From: Archaeoglobaceae archaeon
Lineage (GTDB): Archaea > Halobacteriota > Archaeoglobi > Archaeoglobales > Archaeoglobaceae
Length of the DNA stretch: 37,319 nucleotides
Direction: 5' to 3'
NCBI GenBank assembly: GCA_021163065.1
Contig: JAGGXN010000075.1
Span: forward strand, 1 to 37,319
Part shown: piece after piece, positions 27,214 to 37,069 of the stretch
Position numbering within the stretch: the first letter of the stretch is position 1
How the letters are laid out: each line of letters begins with the position of its first letter
Program-made: the position numbers and the translations under genes
Notes under the pieces: model-generated
Databases searched by the model: none
What the model was told of the DNA's origin: nothing
Seen by the model: only the letters and a program-made list of their open reading frames with translations

Positions 27214-28984
27214 AGAAAAAGGGATTGATGAGTTATATGGTGATAGAATTGCTGTTGGAACCTCAACCTGCGGTATAGCTGCTGGAGCTTTGGAAGTTTT
27301 GGAGGTTTTAGCTTTAGACGATACGAAAAACGTTGTTGAGGTTGGATGTCTTGGTTTTTGTTCTGCAGAACCTTTAGTTTACGTGCAAGAAAACGGAAAA
27401 GCGGCTTTGGTTTACAGAAATGTGAAAAAAATTGAGGAAGCTAAAGTTCTAGGATGGTTCTATCCTTGGGAGTTCTCTCCACTAAAACTTGAACACCCTG
27501 AATTAGAAGGTTATAAAGAATATCCAAGGTTAGTAGAGCATCCATTTTACAAAAAGCAAGTGAAGATCGTTCTGAGAAATTGCGGAATTATCGAGCCATT
27601 GAACATTAGCCAATATGTTGCAATGGGCGGCTATTATGCTTTGCAAAGAGTTCTTGAGAAAGAGCCTGAAGATGTTATCGAAGAGGTGAAAAAATCGGGG
27701 TTACGGGGCAGAGGTGGGGCGGGATTTCCCACAGGTTTGAAATGGGAGATAGCAAAAAAGAATGAGGGTAAGAAATACGTAATATGCAATGCTGATGAAG
27801 GTGATCCTGGAGCTTACATGGACAGAAGTGTGCTAGAAGGCGACCCATTCAGCGTTATTGAAGGTATGACAATCGGAGCATATGCAATAGGTGCTGAGTT
27901 GGGATTTGTTTATGTAAGAAACGAGTATCCTTTGGCTGTTGAGAGGATTGAAAAGGCAATTGAAATTGCAAAAAAATATGGCTTTCTCGGCAAGAACATC
28001 ATGAATACAGATTTCTCATTCGACATACACGTTGTTAGAGGAGCTGGAGCATTTGTTTGCGGTGAGGAAACAGCTTTAATAGCATCCATAGAAGGTTACA
28101 TCGGCGAACCAAGAATTAGACCGCCGTATCCTGCTGAAAAAGGGTTGTGGGGGAAACCAACGGTAATAAACAACGTTGAAACTTGGGCAAACATATCGCC
28201 AATTATACTAAATGGCTGGAAGTTTTTTGCATCGTTAGGCACAGAAAAGAGTAAGGGGACGAAAGTATTCTCATTGGTTGGCAAAGTCAAAAACTCAGGA
28301 CTTATAGAAGTCCCTATGGGAATAAGCCTTAGAGAGGTTGTTGAAGAGATAGGCATGGCTGAAAACGTAAAAGCCGTACAAACTGGTGGTCCCACGGGAG
28401 GTTGTGTGCCCAAAAATCTGATGGACGTTGCTGTTGATTACGAAGAATTGACAAAACTTGGCTCAATCATGGGTTCAGGTGGAATGGTTGTGTTAGACAA
28501 TACCACGTGCATGGTAGATGTTGCGAAGTACTTCCTCGAATTTTCAAAGATTGAGTCTTGTGGAAAATGTGTGCCTTGTAGATTGGGCTTAGCAGAGATG
28601 GTAGATATAATAGAGAGAATAACAAAAGGTGAGGGGAGCTTGAATGACCTTGAAGAGCTTGAAAGACTTGCAGATGTTGTGGCAAATACATCACTTTGCG
28701 GACTAGGAAAGACCGCACCAAATCCATTGTTGACTACATTGAGGTATTTCAGAGAAGAATATGAAGAACACATAAGGGGGAGATGTCCAGCAGGAGTTTG
28801 CAGGGCTCTTGTGAAATACAGGATTGTTGAAGACAAATGCACAGGTTGTGGATTGTGTAAGCTGAATTGCCCGGCAGAAGCGATTGAAGAAGTCGATGAA
28901 GTTTACAAAATAGATGATAAAAAATGCATCAAATGCGGTTCGTGCTTTAACGTTTGCAAGTTTGAAGCAGTTGAAAGATTGTAA
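27197..28984 (+). CDS. NuoF/HoxF/HydB-like FMN- and NAD(P)H-binding subunit, with an N-terminal Trx-like domain and a C-terminal 2x[4Fe-4S] ferredoxin domain
   Basis: [36 protein letters not shown]...[12 protein letters not shown], then [12 protein letters not shown] and [11 protein letters not shown]. The start ATG is 27191 or 27197, after GGGGG, and overlaps the end of the NuoE-like gene. The track start at 27128 is rejected. Confidence 0.9.
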   Translation: MLEKLKEKGIDELYGDRIAVGTSTCGIAAGALEVLEVLALDDTKNVVEVGCLGFCSAEPLVYVQENGKAALVYRNVKKIEEAKVLGWFYPWEFSPLKLEHPELEGYKEYPRLVEHPFYKKQVKIVLRNCGIIEPLNISQYVAMGGYYALQRVLEKEPEDVIEEVKKSGLRGRGGAGFPTGLKWEIAKKNEGKKYVICNADEGDPGAYMDRSVLEGDPFSVIEGMTIGAYAIGAELGFVYVRNEYPLAVERIEKAIEIAKKYGFLGKNIMNTDFSFDIHVVRGAGAFVCGEETALIASIEGYIGEPRIRPPYPAEKGLWGKPTVINNVETWANISPIILNGWKFFASLGTEKSKGTKVFSLVGKVKNSGLIEVPMGISLREVVEEIGMAENVKAVQTGGPTGGCVPKNLMDVAVDYEELTKLGSIMGSGGMVVLDNTTCMVDVAKYFLEFSKIESCGKCVPCRLGLAEMVDIIERITKGEGSLNDLEELERLADVVANTSLCGLGKTAPNPLLTTLRYFREEYEEHIRGRCPAGVCRALVKYRIVEDKCTGCGLCKLNCPAEAIEEVDEVYKIDDKKCIKCGSCFNVCKFEAVERL

Positions 28985-28999
28985 TTGTAGGTGGTGGTA

Positions 29000-29707
29000 A
29001 TGGCAATAAAAATTGAAGTTGATGGAAAAAACTACGAAGTTGAAGAGGGCAAACTACTTGACGCTCTAATTGACTTGGGTTTCGACATTCCACACCTCTG
29101 CTATCACAAGGCCATTGGAAGTTATGGTGCCTGCAGACTTTGTTTAGTGGAAATTAAAGAGAATGGGGATGATTGGAAAATAGTAACATCATGCTCCACA
29201 GAAGTAAAAGAAGGAATGAAGGTGAGGACAAAATCGCAAAGAATCCGGGAGTTGAGAAGAGGAATTGTTGAATTGCTTGCAAACCACACGTCATCAGATA
29301 TTGTAAAAGAACTTGCATCATTATATAAAATAGAGGTTAAAGGAGATAAAAAATGTGTGCTTTGTGGTTTATGCGTCAATGTCTGCAGTCTTATCGGCAT
29401 TTCAGCAATCTCATTTGAAAACAGAGGTATTGAAAGGAGAGTAAACGCCCCATTTGGAATTCCAACAGAATTCTGCGTTGGTTGTTTAGCATGTACAAAT
29501 CTCTGTCCAACTGGGGCAATTAGGTTTGAGAATGGTAAGTTGATAGTTGGAGACAGGATTTTAGCGGAACACAAGCTTTTAAGATGTGAGAGATGTGGAA
29601 AGGAAGTTTTAACTAAAAAACATCATGAAAAACTTGGTATTAAGGAGATCCTTTGTGAAAACTGCAAGAAGCTTGTACAGGCCAAGAAATACTTTGGTAG
29701 CAGATGA
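29000..29707 (+). CDS. HoxU / NuoG-N-terminal-like iron-sulfur protein ([2Fe-2S] plus 2x[4Fe-4S] plus a C-terminal CxxC...CxxC)
   Basis: CYHKAIGSYGACRLCLV...SC, CVLCGLCVNVC and CVGCLACTNLCPTGAI motifs. The ATG at 29000 follows GGTGGTGG. An alternative GTG lies at 28991. Confidence 0.8.
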   Translation: MAIKIEVDGKNYEVEEGKLLDALIDLGFDIPHLCYHKAIGSYGACRLCLVEIKENGDDWKIVTSCSTEVKEGMKVRTKSQRIRELRRGIVELLANHTSSDIVKELASLYKIEVKGDKKCVLCGLCVNVCSLIGISAISFENRGIERRVNAPFGIPTEFCVGCLACTNLCPTGAIRFENGKLIVGDRILAEHKLLRCERCGKEVLTKKHHEKLGIKEILCENCKKLVQAKKYFGSR

Positions 29708-29782
29708 AATTAAATTTTTTATTAAACTGATTTTCATTAAATTGCTAGAAAATTGACGCTAACCAAGGAAAAAATTAAAAAA

Positions 29783-30799
<1,017 letters not shown>

Positions 30800-30839
30800 T
30801 TATGATATTTACACAAATAATACTTTCGATTTTTTAAAA

Positions 30840-32006
30840 TCAATAAAACAAGTCCTTTATGTCCCACAACAATCTTGGATTTGCTTTAATTAAAGCAATT
30901 ACTATGCTTCTAACGCTCATTTCACCCAAATTTTTTCCTGCTAAGCTTCTTGCCAATTTGTTTAGTGTTTTATCATCCATTTTGAGTATTTTTTCCTGTA
31001 ATATTTTATTCCTCCTCAATTTTTGCCCAAAATCGTTTTTCCACAACATATCGTATCTTCTTAAAAACTCTGCTGAATAGTTTTTACTTTCTATTGCTTG
31101 AGCAGCAACAATTCCCGCATACTTTCCAGCCTTCATCGCATTTATGATTCCCCCACCAGTTATTGGATCTGCATGATGGGCTGCATCGCCTGCTAACATA
31201 ACATTATCAGCTACTGCTGTTTTTATCTCACCTTTCACAGGAACGCCGCCTGCAACAATTTCAACAATTTTTCCATCTTCAAATTTTTGTTTTATAAAAT
31301 TATCTAAATATTCTTTAGGTTTTCTTTTCGCTTTAGCTGGCATAACACCGATTCCAACGTTTGCAGCGTTTTCCCCTTTAGGAAATAGCCAAATATAACC
31401 ACCTGGGGCAATTTCATTTCCAATCCAAAAGTAAGTATAATTGGGATCAAAATCGATGTTGTTCATGAGGTATTGTACGCAACTTTCAATCTCACTCAAT
31501 TTTAGTGTCGTATCTATTCCGGCAAGTTTTCCTATTCTACTCTCTACTCCATCTGCTCCGATAACTATTTTCGATTCTACCTCCCATTCCTCACCCATTT
31601 TTCTAAGCTTAACTTTAACAATATCATCTTTTCTTATTAAATCTACAGCAGAGGTTTTTACAATAACATCTGCCCCAGCCTTAGCAGCAAGTCTTGCTAA
31701 ATACCTATCAAAGATTTTTCTTTCCAAAATGTATCCGACTTCATTTCCAGCTTGTTCTTCAGATAAAATAACTTCTGAACCATCTGGAGAGTAAATTTTA
31801 GCTCCTATAACTTCAGCAGCAATCCACTTTTTGTCAATTTCAACAAATTCTGCTAATTCAGCCTTACTTACACCTTCGGCGCATCTTACTGGAACGCCAA
31901 TTTCTTGTCTTTTCTCAACCATCAGGACATCTAATCCATTTTCAGCAGCAGTTTTTGCTGCCATGCTACCTGCTGGTCCAGCACCAACAACAACAACGTC
32001 GTACAT
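30840..32006 (-). CDS. Digeranylgeranylglycerophospholipid (geranylgeranyl) reductase, FAD-dependent
   Basis: [24 protein letters not shown] (FAD GxGxxG), RCAEG, GADG and [17 protein letters not shown] motifs. 388 aa. Confidence 0.9.
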   Translation of the reverse strand: MYDVVVVGAGPAGSMAAKTAAENGLDVLMVEKRQEIGVPVRCAEGVSKAELAEFVEIDKKWIAAEVIGAKIYSPDGSEVILSEEQAGNEVGYILERKIFDRYLARLAAKAGADVIVKTSAVDLIRKDDIVKVKLRKMGEEWEVESKIVIGADGVESRIGKLAGIDTTLKLSEIESCVQYLMNNIDFDPNYTYFWIGNEIAPGGYIWLFPKGENAANVGIGVMPAKAKRKPKEYLDNFIKQKFEDGKIVEIVAGGVPVKGEIKTAVADNVMLAGDAAHHADPITGGGIINAMKAGKYAGIVAAQAIESKNYSAEFLRRYDMLWKNDFGQKLRRNKILQEKILKMDDKTLNKLARSLAGKNLGEMSVRSIVIALIKANPRLLWDIKDLFY

Positions 32007-32008
32007 AG

Positions 32009-32203
32009 CTATTCCTCCACTACAGCCAAAGCCCCCATCGGGCAGGTTTTAACACAAGCCATACAAACATTGCACTTCTCTTCATCTATAACAACAAAAG
32101 TTTCAATTAACTCATTAGCATTAAACTTGCAAACTGCAATACATGCACCGCAATATGCACATTTATATCGATCTATAACTACTTTTTTACCATTTTTCGC
32201 CAT
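32009..32203 (-). CDS. 2x[4Fe-4S] ferredoxin, likely electron donor for the adjacent geranylgeranyl reductase
   Basis: [11 protein letters not shown] and [12 protein letters not shown] motifs. The stop is 2 nt from the GGR start. The ATG at 32203 is preferred and the TTG at 32224 is an alternative. Confidence 0.8.
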   Translation of the reverse strand: MAKNGKKVVIDRYKCAYCGACIAVCKFNANELIETFVVIDEEKCNVCMACVKTCPMGALAVVEE

Positions 32204-32260
32204 GGCTGTTCTTTTTACAATCAAAATATTAAATTTTTGATCTACAAAGAATTTTTCCCG

Positions 32261-34363
32261 TTATCTTACAACCACCCTATAGCAATCGTGCTTTGGCATG
32301 TAAATTTCACCCATTTGTCTTAATTTTCTTAGAATATCCTTTGCTTTTATCTCATCAATTCCATGCTCCTCCGCGGCTTTGACTATTTCACTTTCTGGCA
32401 CACCTTTTTCGTAGTTTTCTTCTAACCCTTCAATAATCTTCTTTATTATCAAAATTCTATCTCTCTGAGTTTTTGATGTGCCAGTAAATGCATAATCTAT
32501 GTCTATCTCACCAGTTTCAGGATCTAAAGCTATTTGCTCAAGACTCTTTTTAACAATTCTTATAACCCTCTCAACATCCTCAACAGTAACTTCATCACTT
32601 AACCTTACTCTTGCAGAAGCTTCAGCCAACCTTATTAACGCTTCAAGCTGTCTTGCAGTAATTGGAACTGGGGAGTTATCCTTAGCCTTTGATCTTAAAG
32701 ATAAATAGAAGTCAATTATTCTCTCCTTAGCCTCTCTTGTCAAAACTGGAAAGACCGTTCTTTTAGAGTAGGCAATATACTTCCTCAGCAAAGATGGGTC
32801 AATTGCTGGAGTAATCTTTTCTGCTTCCCTATCTAGTAACTCCCTGCTAAATTCCGATGCAACGTGTCTCATCTTCTCAAGCTTCTGTCCCAATTCGTGA
32901 GCATTAAGAATGTGTTCCGCAAGCATTCTATCTTTATCTACATCTGGTTCATCAGTCATTACGAATATTAAATCAAACCTTGAAAGTAACGTTGGACTTA
33001 GATCAATCTGCCCAGCTATAGGTGCAAACTTGTCGAATCTACCATATTTTGGGTTTGCAGCCCCAAGCAATGCGCATCTTGCCCTAAGAATGGCATTAAT
33101 TCCCGCTTTTGCAACACTTATTGTTTGTTGCTCCAAAGCCTCATGCAGTGCTGACCTGTCTTCATTCCTCATTTTATCAATTTCATCAACTAAAGCTATA
33201 CCTTTGTCAGCTAAAACTAAGGCTCCAGCTTCTAACGTCCATCTGCCATCGACTTCATCCCTCACTGCTGTTGCTGTCAATCCAGCAGAAGTTGTGCCCT
33301 TACCAGTGGTGTAAACGCTTCTTGGTGCAATTCTATGCACATACCTCAGCAATTGAGACTTCGCCACTCCAGGATCTCCCACAAGTAGTATGTGTATATC
33401 CCCTCTAATCTCCGTTCCATCTGGAAGCTTTTTTGGTATTCCACCAAACAACTGCAATGCAACAGCCAGTTTTACGTCCTTATGCCCATAAATTGCTGGA
33501 GCTATTGACCTAATTATTTTGTCATACAAATTTTCATCCTCACTCAGCTCCAAAATCTTTTCCTTATCTTTTTCAGTAATTTCAAACTCTTCATACTCTT
33601 GTTGCAGTATCTCAATTGAGTTGCCTTCAAAAAAAATGTCCATATGTGTTAACATTTTCCCGCTAACACCCCTTGGCTTAGCTCTAACTATGCCATTGAT
33701 GATGACCCTATCTCCAGGATTTACCCTGCCAGCTAAATCAGCTTCAAGAATTACATCAATCGTTTGCGGTTGCTCTCCACCCCTCAAATTTTCGGGATAC
33801 TCTTGAATTCTTACACGTTGACTGTCAATAGACACACTTTTTTCAGGAATTAATATGAATTTTCCTCTTGATTTGCAAGCTCTACATTCGTATGGAGCTG
33901 TTAGCTTATTATCCTCCTGAACAACTTTCATTTCTTTACTGCAATTTCTACAAACAAATGTTGCCTCAACAATTTTTGGTCTAACTTCTGTAACCTTTCT
34001 AACGATGCCTTCAATGGATATAAACTTTGAAATATGCTCTGCTCTTAAATCTCTAATTAAGACCCTCTTAGAGGTTGGCAAATTGTAAAATCTGACCTTT
34101 ACGCCATCCAAACTGACATCGTAAATGTTATCCGTTTTCAACAAACCCTGCTGTGCATGCTTTAAAACCTCATCCGGATTTTCAAGTAACTCTTCAGCAA
34201 GTTTTCCTTCCCTATATATTGCCAAATCCCTAAGGAAGTCAACATTTATAGATTCCTCTTTTTTTCCAGATTTTAAGTTGTATGCAACTCTATTTATTTC
34301 ATCTTGATAATAAATTTCAAAAAATTCTTGCCACTCTTCAGGGCAGCTTAACAAATTTAACAT
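32261..34363 (-). CDS. mcm: MCM replicative helicase
   Basis: 700 aa with zinc motif CRNC...CRAC, Walker A GDPGVAKS, Walker B DEIDKM, arginine finger SRFDL and a C-terminal wHTH. No intein. Confidence 0.95.
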   Translation of the reverse strand: MLNLLSCPEEWQEFFEIYYQDEINRVAYNLKSGKKEESINVDFLRDLAIYREGKLAEELLENPDEVLKHAQQGLLKTDNIYDVSLDGVKVRFYNLPTSKRVLIRDLRAEHISKFISIEGIVRKVTEVRPKIVEATFVCRNCSKEMKVVQEDNKLTAPYECRACKSRGKFILIPEKSVSIDSQRVRIQEYPENLRGGEQPQTIDVILEADLAGRVNPGDRVIINGIVRAKPRGVSGKMLTHMDIFFEGNSIEILQQEYEEFEITEKDKEKILELSEDENLYDKIIRSIAPAIYGHKDVKLAVALQLFGGIPKKLPDGTEIRGDIHILLVGDPGVAKSQLLRYVHRIAPRSVYTTGKGTTSAGLTATAVRDEVDGRWTLEAGALVLADKGIALVDEIDKMRNEDRSALHEALEQQTISVAKAGINAILRARCALLGAANPKYGRFDKFAPIAGQIDLSPTLLSRFDLIFVMTDEPDVDKDRMLAEHILNAHELGQKLEKMRHVASEFSRELLDREAEKITPAIDPSLLRKYIAYSKRTVFPVLTREAKERIIDFYLSLRSKAKDNSPVPITARQLEALIRLAEASARVRLSDEVTVEDVERVIRIVKKSLEQIALDPETGEIDIDYAFTGTSKTQRDRILIIKKIIEGLEENYEKGVPESEIVKAAEEHGIDEIKAKDILRKLRQMGEIYMPKHDCYRVVVR

Positions 34364-34388
34364 GTATTCATTTTAAGTGAGTAAGTAT

Positions 34389-35765
34389 TTAAGAAAGCTG
34401 GTCAATACATTTTTCATCAGCAACCTCTACAGGATATAGAGAAGTTAAACATGCTAAGCATAATTCTCTTTTACTAAAACCAACAGCCTTTAGTAGCCCA
34501 TTTAAGCTTAAATAAGCAAGTGTATCGGCATTCAAAAGCCTTTTTATCTCTTCTACGCTTCTACTCGATGCAAGTAATTCTTCTCTTGTAGACATATCTA
34601 TGCCGAAATAACATGGAGCAATTATTGGTGGACTCCCAACCCTAAAATGAACCTCCTTAGCTCCAGCTTTTCTTACCATTTCAACTATCTTTCTCGATGT
34701 CGTACCTCTAACTATGCTGTCATCTACAAGTATCACCCTTTTACCTTCAATATTCTTTTTAACTGCGTTTACCTTTAGCTTGACAGAAAATTCCCTTAGT
34801 TTCTGTTCTGGCATTATAAATGTCCTACCGACGTACCTGTTTTTTATCAAAGCTTCTATGTAAGGTATTCCCGATTCGTGAGAATAGCCAATGGACGCTG
34901 TAATTCCGCTGTCTGGGATGGATGAAACTATATCTGCCTCAACATGGCTTTCCTTAGCTAAAATCCTCCCCATATTATGCCTCGCCTCGTAAACACTCTT
35001 GCCATCAATTACCGAATCCGGTCTGGCAAAGTAAATGTATTCAAAAACGCAAATCGCCTTTTTCGTAGAATTCAAGACTTTAAAAAATTCTATTTCGCCA
35101 TCCTCAATTACAACAGCTTCCCCAGGCCTCACATCTCTAATAAATTCAGCCCCAATAGCGTCAATTGCACAACTTTCACTTGCGATAACATATCCAAAAT
35201 CAGCTTCTCCAACGCATAGCGGTTTAAATCCAATTGGATCTCGAAAGCCGACAATCTTATTGTTAATTAGCATTGTTAATGTGTAACTTCCAACCAAAGT
35301 TTCACCAAGCTTACAAAGAGACTCGATTATGTCATATTTTAACAAATAGTTTGAAAGGAGTTGTGCAATGATTTCAGTATCTGAATCTGTTAAGAAAACT
35401 CTTCCATCCTCTTCGAGCTTTCTTCTTAGCTCCCAATAGTTCACCAAATTTCCGTTGTGTGAGACAGCTATTAATCCAGCTTTAGATTTTACAAGCAATG
35501 GCTGAGCATTTTCTATCTTAGACTCTCCAGTAGTTGAATATCTAACATGTCCTATAGCAGTGTTTCCATGCAATTTATCAAGAATTTCACTACTAAAAAC
35601 CTCACCAAGCAATCCCATTCCTTTGTGTAAGTGAACCATATTTTTGTGGAATGTTGCCATTCCTGCAGACTCCTGACCTCGATGTTGGAGGGAAAACAAA
35701 GTATAGTAGGCAATCTTTGAAGTTACACTTTCATCATAGCAATAAACTCCAACAACGCCACACAT
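34389..35765 (-). CDS. purF: Amidophosphoribosyltransferase (glutamine PRPP amidotransferase)
   Basis: MCGVVGV (N-terminal nucleophile Cys), RGQESAG, VILVDDSIVRGTT (PRPP site) and C-terminal Cys ligands. 458 aa. Confidence 0.93.
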   Translation of the reverse strand: MCGVVGVYCYDESVTSKIAYYTLFSLQHRGQESAGMATFHKNMVHLHKGMGLLGEVFSSEILDKLHGNTAIGHVRYSTTGESKIENAQPLLVKSKAGLIAVSHNGNLVNYWELRRKLEEDGRVFLTDSDTEIIAQLLSNYLLKYDIIESLCKLGETLVGSYTLTMLINNKIVGFRDPIGFKPLCVGEADFGYVIASESCAIDAIGAEFIRDVRPGEAVVIEDGEIEFFKVLNSTKKAICVFEYIYFARPDSVIDGKSVYEARHNMGRILAKESHVEADIVSSIPDSGITASIGYSHESGIPYIEALIKNRYVGRTFIMPEQKLREFSVKLKVNAVKKNIEGKRVILVDDSIVRGTTSRKIVEMVRKAGAKEVHFRVGSPPIIAPCYFGIDMSTREELLASSRSVEEIKRLLNADTLAYLSLNGLLKAVGFSKRELCLACLTSLYPVEVADEKCIDQLS

Positions 35766-35768
35766 TAG

Positions 35769-35927
35769 CTAACTTCTATCTTTCTTCTTCTTTATCCAAT
35801 TGTAACTCCTCAGCCTTTTACTCCTTCCAAAACCACATGCAGCACAATATCCCTTTCTTCTATGAAACGAAACCCTTCCACACCTCCTACACTTTATGTG
35901 AACTCTTTTCCTACCTTTCTTACCCAT
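35769..35927 (-). CDS. rpl37e: 50S ribosomal protein L37e (52 aa, below the track cutoff)
   Basis: My own translation gives [52 protein letters not shown], with a CxxC...CxxC zinc ribbon. It lies immediately downstream of the LSm gene, the classical archaeal arrangement. Confidence 0.9.
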   Translation of the reverse strand: MGKKGRKRVHIKCRRCGRVSFHRRKGYCAACGFGRSKRLRSYNWIKKKKDRS

Positions 35928-35938
35928 TGCAGCCGTGG

Positions 35939-36172
35939 TCATTTCATCACCTGCGATGGAGAAACAAACACAACAGTATCTCCACGAATAACGACACTAC
36001 CTAATTTTCTAACAACCTCTCCTTCCTGAATCTCCTCAGCATTTTGCAGAACTAAATTCATGTGGATATCGTATCCATTCAATATTCCTCTAAATTCCCT
36101 TCCTCCCTTCAGTCTTACAAGTACTGGTGTCTGCAACGCTTTATTTAGTACATCCAGCGGTCTATTTGCCAT
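35939..36172 (-). CDS. Sm-like archaeal protein (LSm/SmAP1)
   Basis: 77 aa: [37 protein letters not shown] (Sm1) and [13 protein letters not shown] (Sm2). Confidence 0.9.
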   Translation of the reverse strand: MANRPLDVLNKALQTPVLVRLKGGREFRGILNGYDIHMNLVLQNAEEIQEGEVVRKLGSVVIRGDTVVFVSPSQVMK

Positions 36173-36241
36173 ACCTTCTCCTCCAGAAACGTTTTAAAAT
36201 GCTTGACACATCCAATATTTAAAAATATCGGAGGATGGCTA

Positions 36242-36697
36242 ATGAGGAGGTTGAGAAAAAAAGAGGCAAAAAAGGTTGTTAACGAGATGTCTAAAATTGG
36301 CATTGAAATTAGGGGTAATTTAGATCTAATTAACTTTGGCAACATAGACGTAATTCTCGTTAACAACGAGCCTTTGATTTTGAAGTATGATGAGAAGTAC
36401 TATTTAACCGTTTATGGTGCTATAAAATTTAAACCAGAAAAGAACAAAGTTGTTGTTGATGAGGGCGCTTTAAAATTCATAATGAATGGGGCAGACGTTA
36501 TGAAGCCTGGAATAGTTTACGCTGATGAGAATATAAAAAAGGGTGATTTTGTTTACGTTGCTGTTGAAGGAAAAGAAACTCCGATAGCTGTAGGCATAGC
36601 TTTAACAAATGGTAAAGAAATGACTGACGGGAAAGGAAAGGCCGTTAAAAACATACATCATCTAAAGGACAAGATATGGAAGTACTTCTTCAAATAA
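36242..36697 (+). CDS. PUA-domain RNA-binding protein (archaeal MCT-1/Tma20-like)
   Basis: C-terminal VVVDEGALKFIMNGADVMKPGI...GDFVYV...PIAVGIA is a PUA domain. The ATG at 36242 follows GGAGGA. The track TTG start at 36203 is rejected. Confidence 0.75.
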   Translation: MRRLRKKEAKKVVNEMSKIGIEIRGNLDLINFGNIDVILVNNEPLILKYDEKYYLTVYGAIKFKPEKNKVVVDEGALKFIMNGADVMKPGIVYADENIKKGDFVYVAVEGKETPIAVGIALTNGKEMTDGKGKAVKNIHHLKDKIWKYFFK

Positions 36698-36743
36698 TCA
36701 CAAACCACAAACTTCATAAACACTTTTATAATAACTATCCCGA

Positions 36744-36818
36744 GGGCCCGTGGCTCAGCCTGGTTAGAGCGTGCGCCTGATAAGCGCAAGGTCCGGGGTT
36801 CAAACCCCCGCGGGCCCA
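36744..36818 (+). tRNA. tRNA-Ile (anticodon GAU)
   Basis: Folded by hand: acceptor GGGCCCG/CGGGCCC, D stem GCTC/GAGC, anticodon stem TGCGC/GCGCA, loop CTGATAA, T stem CGGGG/CCCCG, loop TTCAAAC, discriminator A. No encoded CCA and no intron. Followed by GTTTTT. Confidence 0.93.
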
Positions 36819-36858
36819 TGCTTATAATGTTTTTGCTTGACTGTCTTACCAAGGTTTT

Positions 36859-36879
36859 GGAAACTTTTCAGAAGTTTCC
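36859..36879. other. Perfect hairpin GGAAACTT-ttcag-AAGTTTCC in the ORF-free region downstream of tRNA-Ile
   Basis: Read directly from the sequence: an 8-bp stem with a 5-nt loop. Function unknown. Confidence 0.3.
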
Positions 36880-37069
36880 GGCACAAACCCAAATCATGTT
36901 TGATCCGCGTCACCAAACAGGGACAAATTAGCTGTCATTTTCCGAAGACAGGTTCTGTGAAAGGTTGTCACTTTTTGCATGAAAAAACCGATTGCTCAGA
37001 ACTTTCGAACTCCTGACTTAATTAAAGATTAGCCTTTTGGTAACTCTCTTAAACGACAAAATAAACGGA

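Noticed and set aside
36658-36852. A 64-aa minus-strand ORF.
   Set aside because: It runs straight through the tRNA-Ile gene on the opposite strand. The tRNA cloverleaf is unambiguous.
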